Origin: Eledone cirrhosa
Lineage: Eukaryota
Assembly: GCA_964016885.1 (NCBI GenBank)
Contig: OZ024740.1
Coordinates: forward strand, 234,918,001-234,982,000
Reading direction: 5' to 3'
Length of the DNA: 64,000 nucleotides
In this document: positions 51,862 through 64,000 of the stretch, one piece after another
How positions within the stretch are numbered: position 1 is the first letter of the stretch
Layout of the letters: each line of letters begins with the position of its first letter
Program-made: the position numbers and the translations under genes
Notes under the pieces: generated by a model
What the model was told of the DNA's origin: nothing
The model's database searches: none
Seen by the model: only the letters and a program-made list of their open reading frames with translations

Positions 51862-54290
51862 CTGACGATGGGTTTGTACCTAGAAGGTTGCCCTCTGACG
51901 ATGGGTTTGTACCTAGAAGGTTGCCCTCTGACTATGGGTTTGTACCTAGAAACTTCCCCCCTGACTATGGGTTTGTACCTAGAAGGTTGCCCTCTGACTA
52001 TGGGTTTGTACCTAGAAGGTTCACCCCTGACTATGGGTTTGTACTTAGAAACTTCCCCCCTGACTATGGGTTTGTACCTAGAAACTTCCCCCCTGACTAT
52101 GGGTTTGTACCTAGAAACTTCCCCCCTGACTATGGGTTTGTACCTAGAAGGTTCCCCCCTGACTATGAGTTTGTACCAAGAAACTTCCCCTCTGACTATG
52201 AGTTTGTACCTAGAAGGTTCCCCCCTGACTATGGGTTTGTACCTAGAAACTTCCCCCCTGACTATGGGTTTGTACCTAGAAGGTTCCCCCCTGACTATGG
52301 GTTTGTACCTAGAAACTTCCCCCCTGACTATGGGTTTGTACCTAGAAGGTTCCCCCCTGACTATGAGTTTGTACCAAGAAACTTCCCCTCTGACTATGAG
52401 TTTGTACCTAGAAGGTTCCCCTCTGACTATGAGTTTGTACCTAGAAGGTTCCCCCCTGACTATGGGTTTGTACCTAGAAGGTTCCCCCCTGACTATGAGT
52501 TTGTACCAAGAAACTTCCCCTCTGACTATGAGTTTGTACCTAGAAGGTTCCCCTCTGACTATGAGTTTGTACCTAGAAGGTTCCCCCCTGACTATGGGTT
52601 TGTACCTAGAAACTTCCCCCCTGACTATGGGTTTGTACCTAGAAACTTCCCCCCTGACTATGGGTTTGTACCTAGAAGGTTCCCCCCTGACTATGAGTTT
52701 GTACCTAGAAGGTTCCCCTCTGACTATGAGTTTGTACCTAGAAGGTTCCCCTCTGACTATGGGTTTGTACCTAGAAACTTCCCCCCTGACTATGGGTTTG
52801 TACCTAGAAGGTTCCCCCCTGACTATGAGTTTGTACCTAGAAGGTTCCCCTCTGACTATGAGTTTGTACCTAGAAGGTTCCCCCCTGACTATGAGTTTGT
52901 ACCTAGAAGGTTCCCCTCTGACTATGGGTTTGTACCTAGAAGGTTCCCCTTTGACTATGGGTTTGTACCTAGAAGGTTCCCTTCTGACTATGGGTTTGTA
53001 CCTAGAAGGTTCCCCTCTGACTATGGGTTTGTACCTAGAAGGTTCCCCCCTGACTATGAGTTTGTACCTAGAAGGTTCCCCTCTGACTATGGGTTTGTAC
53101 CTAGAAGGTTCCCCTTTGACTATGGGTTTGTACCTAGAAGGTTCCCCTCTGACTATGGGTTTGTACCTAGAAGGTTCCCCCCTGACTATGAGTTTGTACC
53201 TAGAAGGTTCCCCTCTGACTATGGGTTTGTACCTAGAAGGTTCCCCTTTGACTATGGGTTTGTACCTAGAAGGTTCCCCTCTGACTATGAGTTTGTACCT
53301 AGAAGGTTCCCCTCTGACTATGGGTTTGTACCTAGAAGGTTCCCCTCTGACTATGGGTCAGTACCTAGAAACTTCCCCCCTGACTATGGGTTTGTACCTA
53401 GAAACTTCCCCTCTGACTATGGGTTTGTACCTAGAAGGTCCCCCCCCCCCCCTGACTATGAGTTTGTACCTAGAAGGTTCCCCTCTGTCTATGGGTTTGT
53501 ACCTAGAAGGTTCCCCCCCCCCCCCCCTGACTATGGGTCAGTACCTAGAAACTTCCCCCCTGACTATGGGCTTGTACCTAGAAACTTCCCCTCTGACTAT
53601 GGGTTTGTACCTAGAAGGTCCCCCCCCCCTGACTATGAGTTTGTACCTAGAAGGTTCCCCTCTGTCTATGGGTTTGTACCTAGAAGGTTCCCCCCCCCCT
53701 CTGTCTATGGGTTTGTACCTAGAAGGTTTCCCTCTGACTATGGGTTTGTACCCAGAAACTTCCACCCTGTCTATGGGTTTGTACCTAGAAGGTTCCCCTT
53801 TGACTATGGATTTGTACCTAGAAGGTTCCCCCCTGTCTATGGGTTTGTACCTAGAAGGTTCCCCCCTGTCTATGGGTTTGTACCTAGAAACTTCCCCTCT
53901 GACTATGGGTTTGTACCTAGAAGGTTCCCCTCTGACTATGGGTTTGTACCTAGAAGGTTCCCCCCTGACTATGGGTTTGTATCTAGAAGGTTCCCCTCTG
54001 ACTATGGGTTTGTACCTAGAAGGTTCCCCCCTGACTATGAGTTTGTACCTAGAAACTTCCCCTCTGACTATGGGCTTGTACCTAGAAACTTCCCCTCTGA
54101 CTATGGGTTTGTACCTAGAAGGTTCCCCTGTCTATGGGTTTGTACCTAGAAGGTTCCCCCCTGACTATGGGTTTGTACCTAGAAGGTTCCCCCCTGACTA
54201 TGGGTTTGTACCTAGAAGGTTCCCCTCTGACTATGGGTTTGTACCTAGAAGGTTCCCCCCTGACTATGGGTTTGTACCTAGAAAGTTCCC
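51862..54290. repeat. 30-bp minisatellite, about 80 units, expanded inside a SINE
   Basis: Unit CTGACTATGRGTTTGTACCTAGAA(GG/AC)TTCCCCY. Runs directly into the SINE body and tRNA head at 54290-54545 (minus strand). Confidence 0.97.
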
Positions 54291-54744
54291 ACAAGCCCGG
54301 GTAAGGTGTTTTTGTGCAAGACCAGCAATCAATATGTCTGCCAATCCCCTTACGTCACTGTGTCGTCCAAAGGAAAGGCAAGGGCCGATACAACATGGCA
54401 CCAGTGACATTGTAACTCATATGTTTCTTTTGAATAAACTTGAGTAACGTAAAGTGTCTTGCTGAAGAAAACAACGCACCATCAGGCCCGATAATCGAAC
54501 TCACGACCTCACGATTGTAAAATCAACATTCTAACCACTATGTCACTGCAGCAATAAAACTGTTTACTGTCGTCTGAATACGCTTACTAATGTAATTACT
54601 AGGTGTGTGTGTCCTTTGAAAATGCCCGGGTGTGGTTGGAGGGGAATTTGACTATTATTTGATCGACCTTGCAAAATTTCCCTCAGAAGCCCCTGTTCAT
54701 CATCACTAACACTAACACATTGTTAGCAAAATACTTGAAACTCC

Positions 54745-54804
<60 letters not shown>

Positions 54805-55367
54805 TTAAAAATAATAATAAATGGCCCTCTTCCGTTGTGACTCAAAATGGGTTTGTACCCGAAAAGTTTCTCTCCCTAACGCAAGCCAGAGCAAAGTGTT
54901 GTTTCGGGCGAGGGACGGCTCCCTGGGGTACTAGTCCGTTGCAGGGTTAGGGTTAAGTCCGCGTTACTGTTTGTAGAGCAACGGGAAAATAAGTTGTCCA
55001 TCTGAAGGACACAATACGTCGCCGAGTCGCTCACTCATCAACAACAACAACAACAACAACAAGAGCGACGACCACGACAATAACAACAACGATACAATCA
55101 GTGAAAATGTTAGCTTATATAACTCAACAAGTAGGGCAATAGTAAAAGTTGTAAACAACACATGCTTGTCGCGCACCCACATCCAGTTACCTATCTTACA
55201 CTTAGATGTTCCGATGTATTAGCTTACCCTTTCCTAATAATATATGTACAAACACACACACAAACACTGACACACACACACACACACGTGTGTGTATATG
55301 GGCATATACATATAACGTTCACTATTAAAAACCTAATTAAAGAACTCATATACATTATATACATATG

Positions 55368-55401
<34 letters not shown>

Positions 55402-56309
55402 CATATGTATATAATGTATATATATATATATATATATATATGTAATAATTGTTTCTACTTTTTGGCACAAGGCCAGCAATTATCCCAGTGTATTACTGGT
55501 ACTTTATTTTATCGACCCCGTAAGGATGAAAGGCAAAGTTAACCTCGGCGGGATTTGAACTCAGTCCGTAAAGGGAATATATATATATACTGTATATATG
55601 TTGTTTAGACAGAACCTTGCTCACAAGTTTGTTTTTTTTTAAGCTTCATATCATGTCTCCCTATTTTATCTGATGAAAACGCAAATATCGTCCCTGGATG
55701 ATATTTGTTTTTGAAATGCGTATAATAAAATACATGGAACTTTTTTAACCATCTTTTAATTTCTTCTTATATATACTGTATAATGATTAACGAGAAACTT
55801 GATTGCAAGGTTCTCGTTAATTTTTAATATGTTACCTCCGTAACTCTGTGTTTACAAATTATACCTTGTAATTGTTTGTTTATTCTATATATATATATGT
55901 ATATGTCAATCGATTTTTAATTTAATGTACACACACACACACACACACGCACACACACACATTGATAGATACATGGTGGCTGCCAACTCGTTTTCGAGTA
56001 CGGCCACTACTTCATATCCATGTAGGAGAACCCCTACTGATGCGCTGAACGAATGTGACTTTTTAGTCCAGCCAGCGACTTGAAAACTCTGGTACAAACA
56101 CTACACTTGTGACAATTATTGACACATAGTGCCAGGCCCATGGTACCATGTGACGACAAGTGCAGAGAGATCTCCAGATATAAAGCAATGCCTGTGCCGT
56201 GAAGCTTTTATAGTGAGCAAAGGCACTGCACATACATTCATACATTCATACATACATACATATTCATATAATTTTATTCACCTGAACTTTTACCCTTGTT
56301 TATGGTTTG

Positions 56310-56365
<56 letters not shown>

Positions 56366-57618
56366 TATATATATATATATATATCGATGTAAATAAAAAT
56401 AACTATGTCATTTATTTATTACTGTCAATGTACGTCACCTAAAATCAAGTTTCTGGAACCGCTTGTGATATATATTCCACCCAATACATTCAATCAGCCA
56501 ATTCCCCACCACCACCACCATACCCACAATCACCACCACTACCACCATACCTACAATCACCACCACCACCACCACCACCACCACCAAACATTACTATCCC
56601 CACCATCACTGATCTCCTTCCATTCTCTCTGTTTACAGCAACATCATTTTGGTAAACACATTCTATTCTATTTCTGTAGGTGAGGTTGGCTGCGTTTTTT
56701 TTATTTTTATCGCAGAATGTTGATGTTTAACCCTAGGTTTGCCCTGATTATCTAGCAAACCTATGATCAAAGACCTTTCGCCTTTTCAGCTACGACCAAC
56801 CCGTCCTTTTTATAAATCGAGGACTGCATTGTTATTGCCTTTTTTTTCTTTTTCTTTTCTTTTCTTTTAAAGACAGCTCGATAAGATTTTCAGATTTGGC
56901 TGTGATTACTAGCAGGTGCAGAGACTCGTTGGCCGATCGTTCTTGTTATTGTTGTTCGTATATACACATGTGGATACAGGTACAATCATGAGATCTCGAG
57001 TTCGATCCTACTGCGCGGAATCTTGGGCATGCATATTTTTTCCATAGCTTTGTCTTGATTCAAGCCTTGTGAGTGAAATTTAGTCGACGGAAACTGTGGA
57101 GGTCCGGCAAGTGGATTTTATCTTTATTTCAAAGGGCCAGTCGTGGTGCACCTTGGAATTACATTAAAATACAAGTGTCTGTGAAATACTCAGCCAGTTA
57201 CATGATAATTCAATGAGTAGATAGCTCATTTGCTAGGGGGTGAGGTGGTGGTCTACCCTGGGTGGTATCTTTGAGGACTTTTGTGTATTGTGATATTTTT
57301 CGTGGGGTGGGTGGAAAAACTCAAGGGCCTCCTTGAACGGCAGAAACTCTAGCTACGGCACTGAATCATCGTCGCAATCGAAGGAGATCCATTTATTGTA
57401 CTTTGTATGTCTATGTACACAGGCTCATGCAAAGTTGGTAGCAGGTCCAAGCCAGATGTAAAATGTTGGCTCCCAAAGCTGGTAATAGGCCCAGGCCAGA
57501 TGTGAAATAAACATAAACCCCATGTCAAACTGGTCATTAAGTATTTTAATAATTAGTGTTAAATACATATAATTTATACATAGGTTAGGGGTAACATGCA
57601 TGTATATGTAGTGTAAAT

Positions 57619-57817
57619 CAGCCATGTCAAACATGCGGCCTTTTACAAGCACACCTGCGGCCCGCAGAAAGATTTTTACAGCGCGAGCATATTTTATCTT
57701 CGTAATATAAAATTTTAAAAAATTAGTTGTAATGTGCATAATTAGTTGTGTGTGACCCTCAGACAACACATATGTGACACATGTGGCTCTCGGGAGGCCC
57801 TCAGTTTGACATACCAG
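57619..57817. mobile_element. hAT/Charlie-type MITE
   Basis: CAGCCATGTCAAAC / GTTTGACATACCAG; perfect 8-bp TSD GTGTAAAT. Confidence 0.85.
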
Positions 57818-58171
57818 GTGTAAATGATGTACTTACAAGTAACAGAACAGAATAAAAGAACTAGAGTATGAGGCGAGTGAGCCCTCTTAAAATCGTTGGC
57901 CCATGTCAACCAGCCCCCCCTCCCCCCTGATTTGGCTTGTAGATATATTATAGATGCCCATAAGTGTATACATGTGCATATGTTTGTGTACTTATGTGAG
58001 CGCGTGTGTATGCGCGCACGCGTGTGTGTGTGTATGCGTGTGCGTGCGTGTGTGTGTGTGTGCGTGCGTGTGCGTGTGTGTTTGAGTGTGTGTGTGTGAG
58101 TGTGTGTGTGAGTGTGTCGGATGTAGCAGGTGAAAGAAAAGAAGTATATATGAAAACAGAACCTAACTTAC

Positions 58172-58280
58172 AGATTTGGTTTAAGTTCCTGTTTAAGACA
58201 TTGGCGTTGTTGCTGTTGTTGGCGTTGTTGACGTTTGCGTTCGCGTTTATCGCGTTGGCGTTGAGCAACAAGTCTTTCAT
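58172..58280 (-). CDS. Candidate first coding exon (Asn/Ala-rich), possibly of the HDHD5-like gene
   Basis: ACC-ATG context, MKDLLLNANAINAN...NQI, strong donor GTAAGT at 58171, downstream of a TATA/Inr. Ends in phase 1, so it needs an unidentified linking exon. Confidence 0.4.
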
Positions 58281-58439
58281 GGTTAATACTTCTTGGTTAT
58301 TATTAACCACACAGATACTATTAAAATGCTTTCTTGTTCTGGAGGGTTAGCTGAAAAGCGGTTACAAAATAGAAAAGTTGCTTTTCTTTAGTTAATTTCA
58401 ATTTAGTTTCGTAAGATAGTTACTTGGTAGTTCAAAAGT

Positions 58440-58560
58440 TTTTCTGATCGGAAAAAGAGCGCAGGCCTTGTTTATATTCGAGCCCCCTCACCCTACCCAC
58501 ATACCTATCTTCAAGAGCACATGGCAGATGCCTGATGGCAACAAGCAATTTGATTGGTTG
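58440..58560 (-). promoter_or_regulatory. Candidate Pol II core promoter
   Basis: TATAAA starting at 58476, Inr-like TCAGAA with its A at 58445 (31 nt downstream), and CCAAT box (CAACCAATCA) at 58551-58560. Confidence 0.5.
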
Positions 58561-58713
58561 TAAAGAACAAGCACGCATACACATTCACACACACATACAT
58601 ACACAATGACATACACATACAAACACACTCATACATACATACTGTACAACCTAGATAAACATTGAGCGAAAATTTACGGAAGACTAGTCAGGCAATAATG
58701 TAATATATACCTC

Positions 58714-58811
58714 ATATACCTCATCTTTACCTAGCCCCCTACCCCTATCCGACACTCGCAAATATACCTCATCTTTACCTAGCCCCCTACCCCTATCCGA
58801 CACTCGCAAAT
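58714..58811. repeat. 48-bp tandem duplication
   Basis: ATATACCTCATCTTTACCTAGCCCCCTACCCCTATCCGACACTCGCAA twice. Confidence 0.9.
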
Positions 58812-58939
58812 ATTTTTGTGGGTTTTAATATTTTTGGCTTCGTAATAGTCAACAACTTTGTTTTTGGTGTAATTGTTTTTGTGGCTGTTATCGCTGTCGT
58901 TATAACTGTTGTGTGCGGTGTTTGCAAACACACGTGATG

Positions 58940-58975
<36 letters not shown>

Positions 58976-59669
58976 ATAGAATATAGAATATATTCATATA
59001 TATTTTTATTTGTCTGACCCGAATTTTCTTGGTCGTATTTTTGGCTGTGCGAATGATTGTTTAAGCATCGTCTCAGTGTGTTGGTATTAAACGTTAGTTA
59101 TAGTTCTGGTTTATCCGAACTATTGAGCACTTTGCCGCACATTTCGAAGATTGTGTTTCGCTATTTCGTGGGCCGAAGTTCCGATTCTCGATAATTTATT
59201 TGTATATATATATATATAAATGAAAAGTATAGAAATTATTGTAGCAAGAAGCCAACAGTTTTCCATAATAAATAAGTGACTATAGCGTCAAAATGGAAAA
59301 ATAGTTAATGTAAGATGTGGGAAAATAATTCAAACTCAATTCAAAAAGAATCAGGATATAGATTCATCCACAGAATTTGCTGAAATCCAGGGAAAAATCA
59401 ATAGAGCCTTAACTCAGAATAAAATAAAATACATATATATATTCATTGATGAATTCATTGAACCTTGTTAAACTTTTAATTATATATATATATACATATA
59501 TATGTGTGAGTGTGTGTGTGTGTATAACAAAGAAAGTGGTAAGAAACCAGGTGGACCATAATGTACCAGAGTACTCGATACTTTGGGTAGTAGAGTGGGT
59601 AATAGGAGTCAGGACGCGATTTCCCCTCTCCCAAAATTGCTGGCCTTGTGCCTATAGTAGAAATCATTA

Positions 59670-59794
<125 letters not shown>

Positions 59795-60032
59795 CAAGTA
59801 AGAATATTTTCGAAACAGCGAGTTGATTTGAAATTATTAGAAATGTTAGCTATCGCCGTATTTTGACTAAAGCAATTAAAGAAATTATTTAGCCTGATAG
59901 TGGGGTTAAGAACCCTCGTCAATACTCATCTTTTTCCATTTCTCCGAGGGTTCTTAACCCCACTATCAGGCTAAATAATTTCTTTAATTGCTTTAGTCAA
60001 AATACGGCGATAGCTAACATTTCTAATAATTT
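59795..60032. mobile_element. Inverted-repeat copy of the tRNA-headed element (88-bp perfect arms) in (TA)n
   Basis: Arms 59831-59918 and 59945-60032; 26-nt spacer; 36-nt unpaired tail on the left. Confidence 0.85.
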
Positions 60033-60458
60033 ATATATATATATATATATATACATATGTATGTGGCCATACGACTAGGGTAGGATTTCAACTCAAAATT
60101 TGAAATGGCTTACGTATTCATCACCTAGGTATATAGTACCAACAATATGTACCTGTAACTCATACATAAACAGAACCTCCGAGAAAGGTTTTGTGAGGCT
60201 GAACAAAGCGGCTTTCGGCCCTTAAAGATACAGGGAACGCGGTGCTTAGGTATGAGGTTAGAGCTTCCACACACACGCACATTCCGCATAAGAAAAATTT
60301 TCCATAAAATGATAACAGTAAGGTAGCGTCGAAAAATATTTCGGTATTTTAATACCGAAAATGTGTGTGTGTGTGCAAAAAATAAACGGAAACAACAAAA
60401 TAAACAACACAGTGCAATGAAGAATTATATTAGTTTAACGATTGATATAGGAAAAGAG

Positions 60459-60494
60459 TCTTTACGTTTCGGAGACTAGACCTTCGTCGGAAGA
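60459..60494 (-). ncRNA. Minimal hammerhead-like motif (variant core)
   Basis: TCTT-CCGACGA-A-GG...CC-GAAA-CG-TA-AAGA; palindromic ACGT stem III; U4 changed to C. Confidence 0.5.
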
Positions 60495-60575
60495 TAGACT
60501 GAAAATTAAAAAAATGAAATAGAAAGTGAGAAGAGGAGAGATCGTAAAAAGATAGTTTTTAAGAAAAATCTTATA

Positions 60576-60870
60576 TATTATCGGGTCTCGAATAATGCCC
60601 TCCCCAACTTATTCATTTTTCAATTCCACCCCCGCTCTTATTCCACCCCACCTACCCACCGCTTATTAAATTTTGTTAATTTATCAAAAAAGTACATTAC
60701 TAGAAATTCCATACGTGATAAGATAAATAGGATGGGTTGAGGTCTCAATATGTAAACTAAACCACTAATCAACGGGGGCAACCTAGAAAAATTACCGATT
60801 TTCAAAACACCCCCACCCCCACCCGCTTATTGCAACCCACACCCCTCCTATCATTTGGGACCCGAGAGTA
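60576..60870. mobile_element. pogo/Tigger-like MITE
   Basis: Right TIR ...ATTTGGGACCCGAGAGTA; degenerate left TIR TATTATCGGGTCTCGAATAA; TA ends. Confidence 0.65.
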
Positions 60871-60924
60871 GTTAAAAACACAACAGCCTTATTAGTTTCA
60901 GGCTTGAAAGAGAAGAAAAAGAAA

Positions 60925-60961
60925 GTTCAGCGTTTCGGAGATTAGTCCTTCATCAGGAGAA
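60925..60961 (-). ncRNA. Minimal hammerhead-like motif (degenerate cleavage site)
   Basis: CTGATGA-A-GGA CTAATC TCC-GAAA-CG-CT; homologous to 60459-60494. Confidence 0.5.
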
Positions 60962-61100
60962 GAGAAAACACAAAGATGCGGTTCACAGATTAGAAGTGTG
61001 TGTGTGTGTGTGTTGCATTTAATTCTGCTTTGCGTGTATGTGCGTATGTGTTGTTTGAGTGGTGCATATGTTCGTGATGGTGTGTTTGCTTATATATATA

Positions 61101-61173
<73 letters not shown>

Positions 61174-61329
61174 TATATATATATATATATATAATGTGTG
61201 TATATATGTGTGCATGTATGTATGTATGTGTGCATGTATGCATGTATGTATTGATAATTATTAATAATGTTATATCGTGCAATGGCCATACTCGATAACG
61301 AGAGGGCAGCCATCATGTATGTGTATATG

Positions 61330-61410
<81 letters not shown>

Positions 61411-61663
61411 GTGTATATATATATATATATATGTGTGTGTGTGCGTGTATGTATGTATGTATGTATGTATGTATGTATGTATGTATGTATGTATGTATGT
61501 ATGTATGTATGTATGTTCCTTTGCCCTTTGACAGGTTTTGTTTTTAGTCCTGCAGGATGTCCAAAGTCACCCTCCTCACCAAGAAACCTTGGTGGAGTTG
61601 CCAGTTTAGTCGCCAACGACCCGACCATGGGACAGGTTGTACTGGGATACATGTATGTATGTA

Positions 61664-61728
<65 letters not shown>

Positions 61729-61856
61729 AAAGTTATATTTAAATTGTTGGGTTAACAACGAGTAAATATTTATAACTGATATAAAAGCACTCAACAAGTA
61801 TTTGGAGTATATTTATGATATTAAATAAATGGAAACTATATTTATAAAACCATATT

Positions 61857-61922
61857 TATTTCGTTATATATATTTCAGGGATATCATATTAACAATATGT
61901 TATGCCATCTTCAGACAAAATA
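61857..61922 (-). ncRNA. Type I hammerhead ribozyme (mirror copy in the left arm)
   Basis: Exact reverse complement of 62060-62125. Confidence 0.7.
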
Positions 61923-62059
61923 CAATATAAACAGTCTTATAAATAAATAGATACGACATACCTTTCAATCACCTTGCATTTGGTACCAAATCAACCTCCC
62001 AAATGCAAGGTGATTGAAAGGTATGTCGTATCTATTTATTTATAAGACTGTTTATATTG

Positions 62060-62125
62060 TATTTTGTCTGAAGATGGCATAACATATTGTTAATATGATA
62101 TCCCTGAAATATATATAACGAAATA
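62060..62125 (+). ncRNA. Type I hammerhead ribozyme with palindromic stem III
   Basis: Stem I TATTTTGT/ACGAAATA; CTGAAGA; long stem II (GG...CATATT/AATATG...CC); GAAA; ATATATAT; cleavage after A62117. Confidence 0.72.
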
Positions 62126-62162
62126 AATATGGTTTTATAAATATAGTTTCCATTTATTTAAT

Positions 62163-62207
<45 letters not shown>

Positions 62208-62221
62208 GTATATACATATAT

Positions 62222-62588
62222 ACCACTTATACCACTGTGTGGTGCCAAAGGTCACGTCTTCCGCATCTGGAATAAGGAGCAGATATTGCAATAGCCTGGG
62301 GTTCAAGGGCCCTCAACTCTTCAACAGGCTGCCGAGGGATCTGAGAGATCTGCATGGTGTGGATGTGGATGTCTTCAAGAAACATCTCGACACCTTGTTA
62401 TCCAGGATCCCGGATGAGCCCACAGCAAGGCACAAGGGAAACCTAAGGGCAGCAGCAACGAACTCCCTCTTGCACCAGTGGCCAACCAATACAGGCTGGA
62501 GATAAAATGTGTAGCAACAAGGGTGGTGCCCCAGCATGGCCTCAGCCGGATGGCTGGAACAGGTAAAAGAGTAAAAGAGTAAAAGAGT
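62222..62588 (+). mobile_element. CR1/L2-group LINE 3' end with (AAAAGAGT)n tail
   Basis: GPQLFNRLPRDLRD...FKKHLDTLLSRIPDEP...TNSLLHQ and tandem tail. Confidence 0.85.
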
Positions 62589-64000
62589 ATATGTTTATAT
62601 ATTGTTTACATATGCACGCGCACTTAGTTTTTTTATTTTTTATTCCTCCACCCTACCTTAAAACATTTCGCGTGCCCTGAGAGGGGTAGTTCCTATTAGC
62701 ATTCAAAGGGTCCGAGCGTCAAATATTCATCCGGCCCTTCTACCAACTTTGGCATTCTCGGCCCCTAACTGATGAACCAGTTGAAGCCATTTCTTATACA
62801 CCCTGTAGATAATAAATCATAGGTTTAGCACAGATTACTAAAATGCTTGTTCGATTCCCAGACCAAGCGGCATATTGACTCCTTGAACACGACACTTTAT
62901 TTCATCCACTTACACGTTAATTTAACATGTAGACAGTTCCGTTGATTGGATCAACTGGGGTGACCGTCATCGGAAACGGCGGAGGCACAACAACGCTAAA
63001 ATGCTGCTCATTGAGTATTTTAGTAATTGTGTGTACGTGTGTATGTTTGCGCGTGTGTGTGTGCGTTAGTGTGTGTGCGTGTGTGTGCGAGTGTGTGCGT
63101 GCGTGTGTGAGTATGCGTGCGTGTGTGTGTGAGTATGCGTGCGTGTGTGTATGTGTGTATGTGTGTGTGTACGTGTGTGCGTGTGTGTGTGCGTCCATGT
63201 GCGTGTGCGCGCGTGCATGTATGTGCGTGTGTGCGCGTGCATGTGTGTGGTTATGTGAGTGTGTGTGTGTGTGCGCGCTTACATGTGCGCGTGCGTGTGT
63301 GCGTGAGTGTATGTGCGCGTGTGTAAGCGCGTGTGTGTGTGTGGTCATCTGTGTTTGTGTTTATGTTTGTATCTGAATTTATGTCTCGTAATTTACCGTT
63401 CTGCCGAAAAAGGTCGAGAAAATATGCACTTGAACAAATAAGTACTGGGTCAATATAATCCAGTGGTTCTCAAAGTGGGCGCTACCCCCCCCCCCTATAT
63501 GTATGTGTGTCTGTTCGTTTATATTTATATTCTCATACCATTAAATTAGCAATTAATACATTTGCTTATATTTGGTTAATTTACACTGCATACAAAAATA
63601 GAGATTAATATGTATTTCTTTTGGATGTTGATACTTATTTGTTTACAATATTGAAAAACAAATTTCTTTATTCTAAGAATTCCTCTCATACCTACAGCTG
63701 TTCCATTTAAATTTAAGGGGCTATAGTTTCCAGCAGTATCGGTAGAGGGTCGGACGCCATGCTTTCCAGCATAGTTACCTCCCTCTACAATCTGAGTTCA
63801 AATCCCGCCGAGGTTGACTTTGCCTTTCATCCTTATGGGGTCGATAAAATAAAGTACCAGTAATGCACTGGGTAATTGCTGGCCTTGTGCCTAAAGTAGA
63901 AACAGTTATTTCAATTAACAAATCTCAGGGTCAATCCCTCAAGGTAGTTAGACTTAACCTCTCTACTTAACCTCATGTTTCTCCCGCGGTCAACTCTATA

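Larger units (their letters stand above)
61814..62168. repeat. Perfect 170-bp inverted repeat (PLE-style inverted pLTR) with a 15-nt spacer
   Basis: 61814-61983 is the reverse complement of 61999-62168; abuts (TA)n. Confidence 0.95.

Noticed and set aside
51855-54447. 764- and 859-aa ORFs resembling a repeat protein or neuropeptide precursor (DYGFVPRRFPP)
   Set aside because: Produced by a 30-bp unit inside a SINE. No signal peptide, no Gly before the dibasic site, two frames equally open, and indels near the end.
54940-54960. Telomeric TTAGGG-like sequence
   Set aside because: Fewer than two full units; chance level.
62760-62800. CTGATGA hammerhead-like core
   Set aside because: No stem II, GAAA or stem I pairing found.

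Overview
AT-rich, repeat-dominated animal genomic DNA. The SINE types and microsatellite load suggest a cephalopod, probably Octopus (inference). One host gene is supported: a minus-strand HDHD5/CECR5-like class IIA HAD hydrolase with 8 reconstructable coding exons (28326-40349), one U12-type intron, a 200-N gap through one exon, and a candidate TATA/Inr promoter and first exon at about 58.2-58.6 kb. The rest is mobile DNA: a Tx1/L1-type LINE, a Penelope-like element (PLE; RT + C-terminal GIY-YIG), a near full-length R4/Dong-like RLE retrotransposon stacked in (CATA)n, a SPIN/Buster-like hAT nested in a non-autonomous Helitron, maT, RTE and CR1/L2 remnants, many SINEs and MITEs, and three SINE-derived minisatellites. 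The most interesting signal is a set of small non-coding elements with PLE-style architecture (tandem or inverted terminal repeats, 3' tails, (TA)n targets). Several carry hammerhead ribozyme motifs, and one carries a tRNA-like cloverleaf head instead. All calls come from reading the sequence by eye; no searches or folding programs were run.
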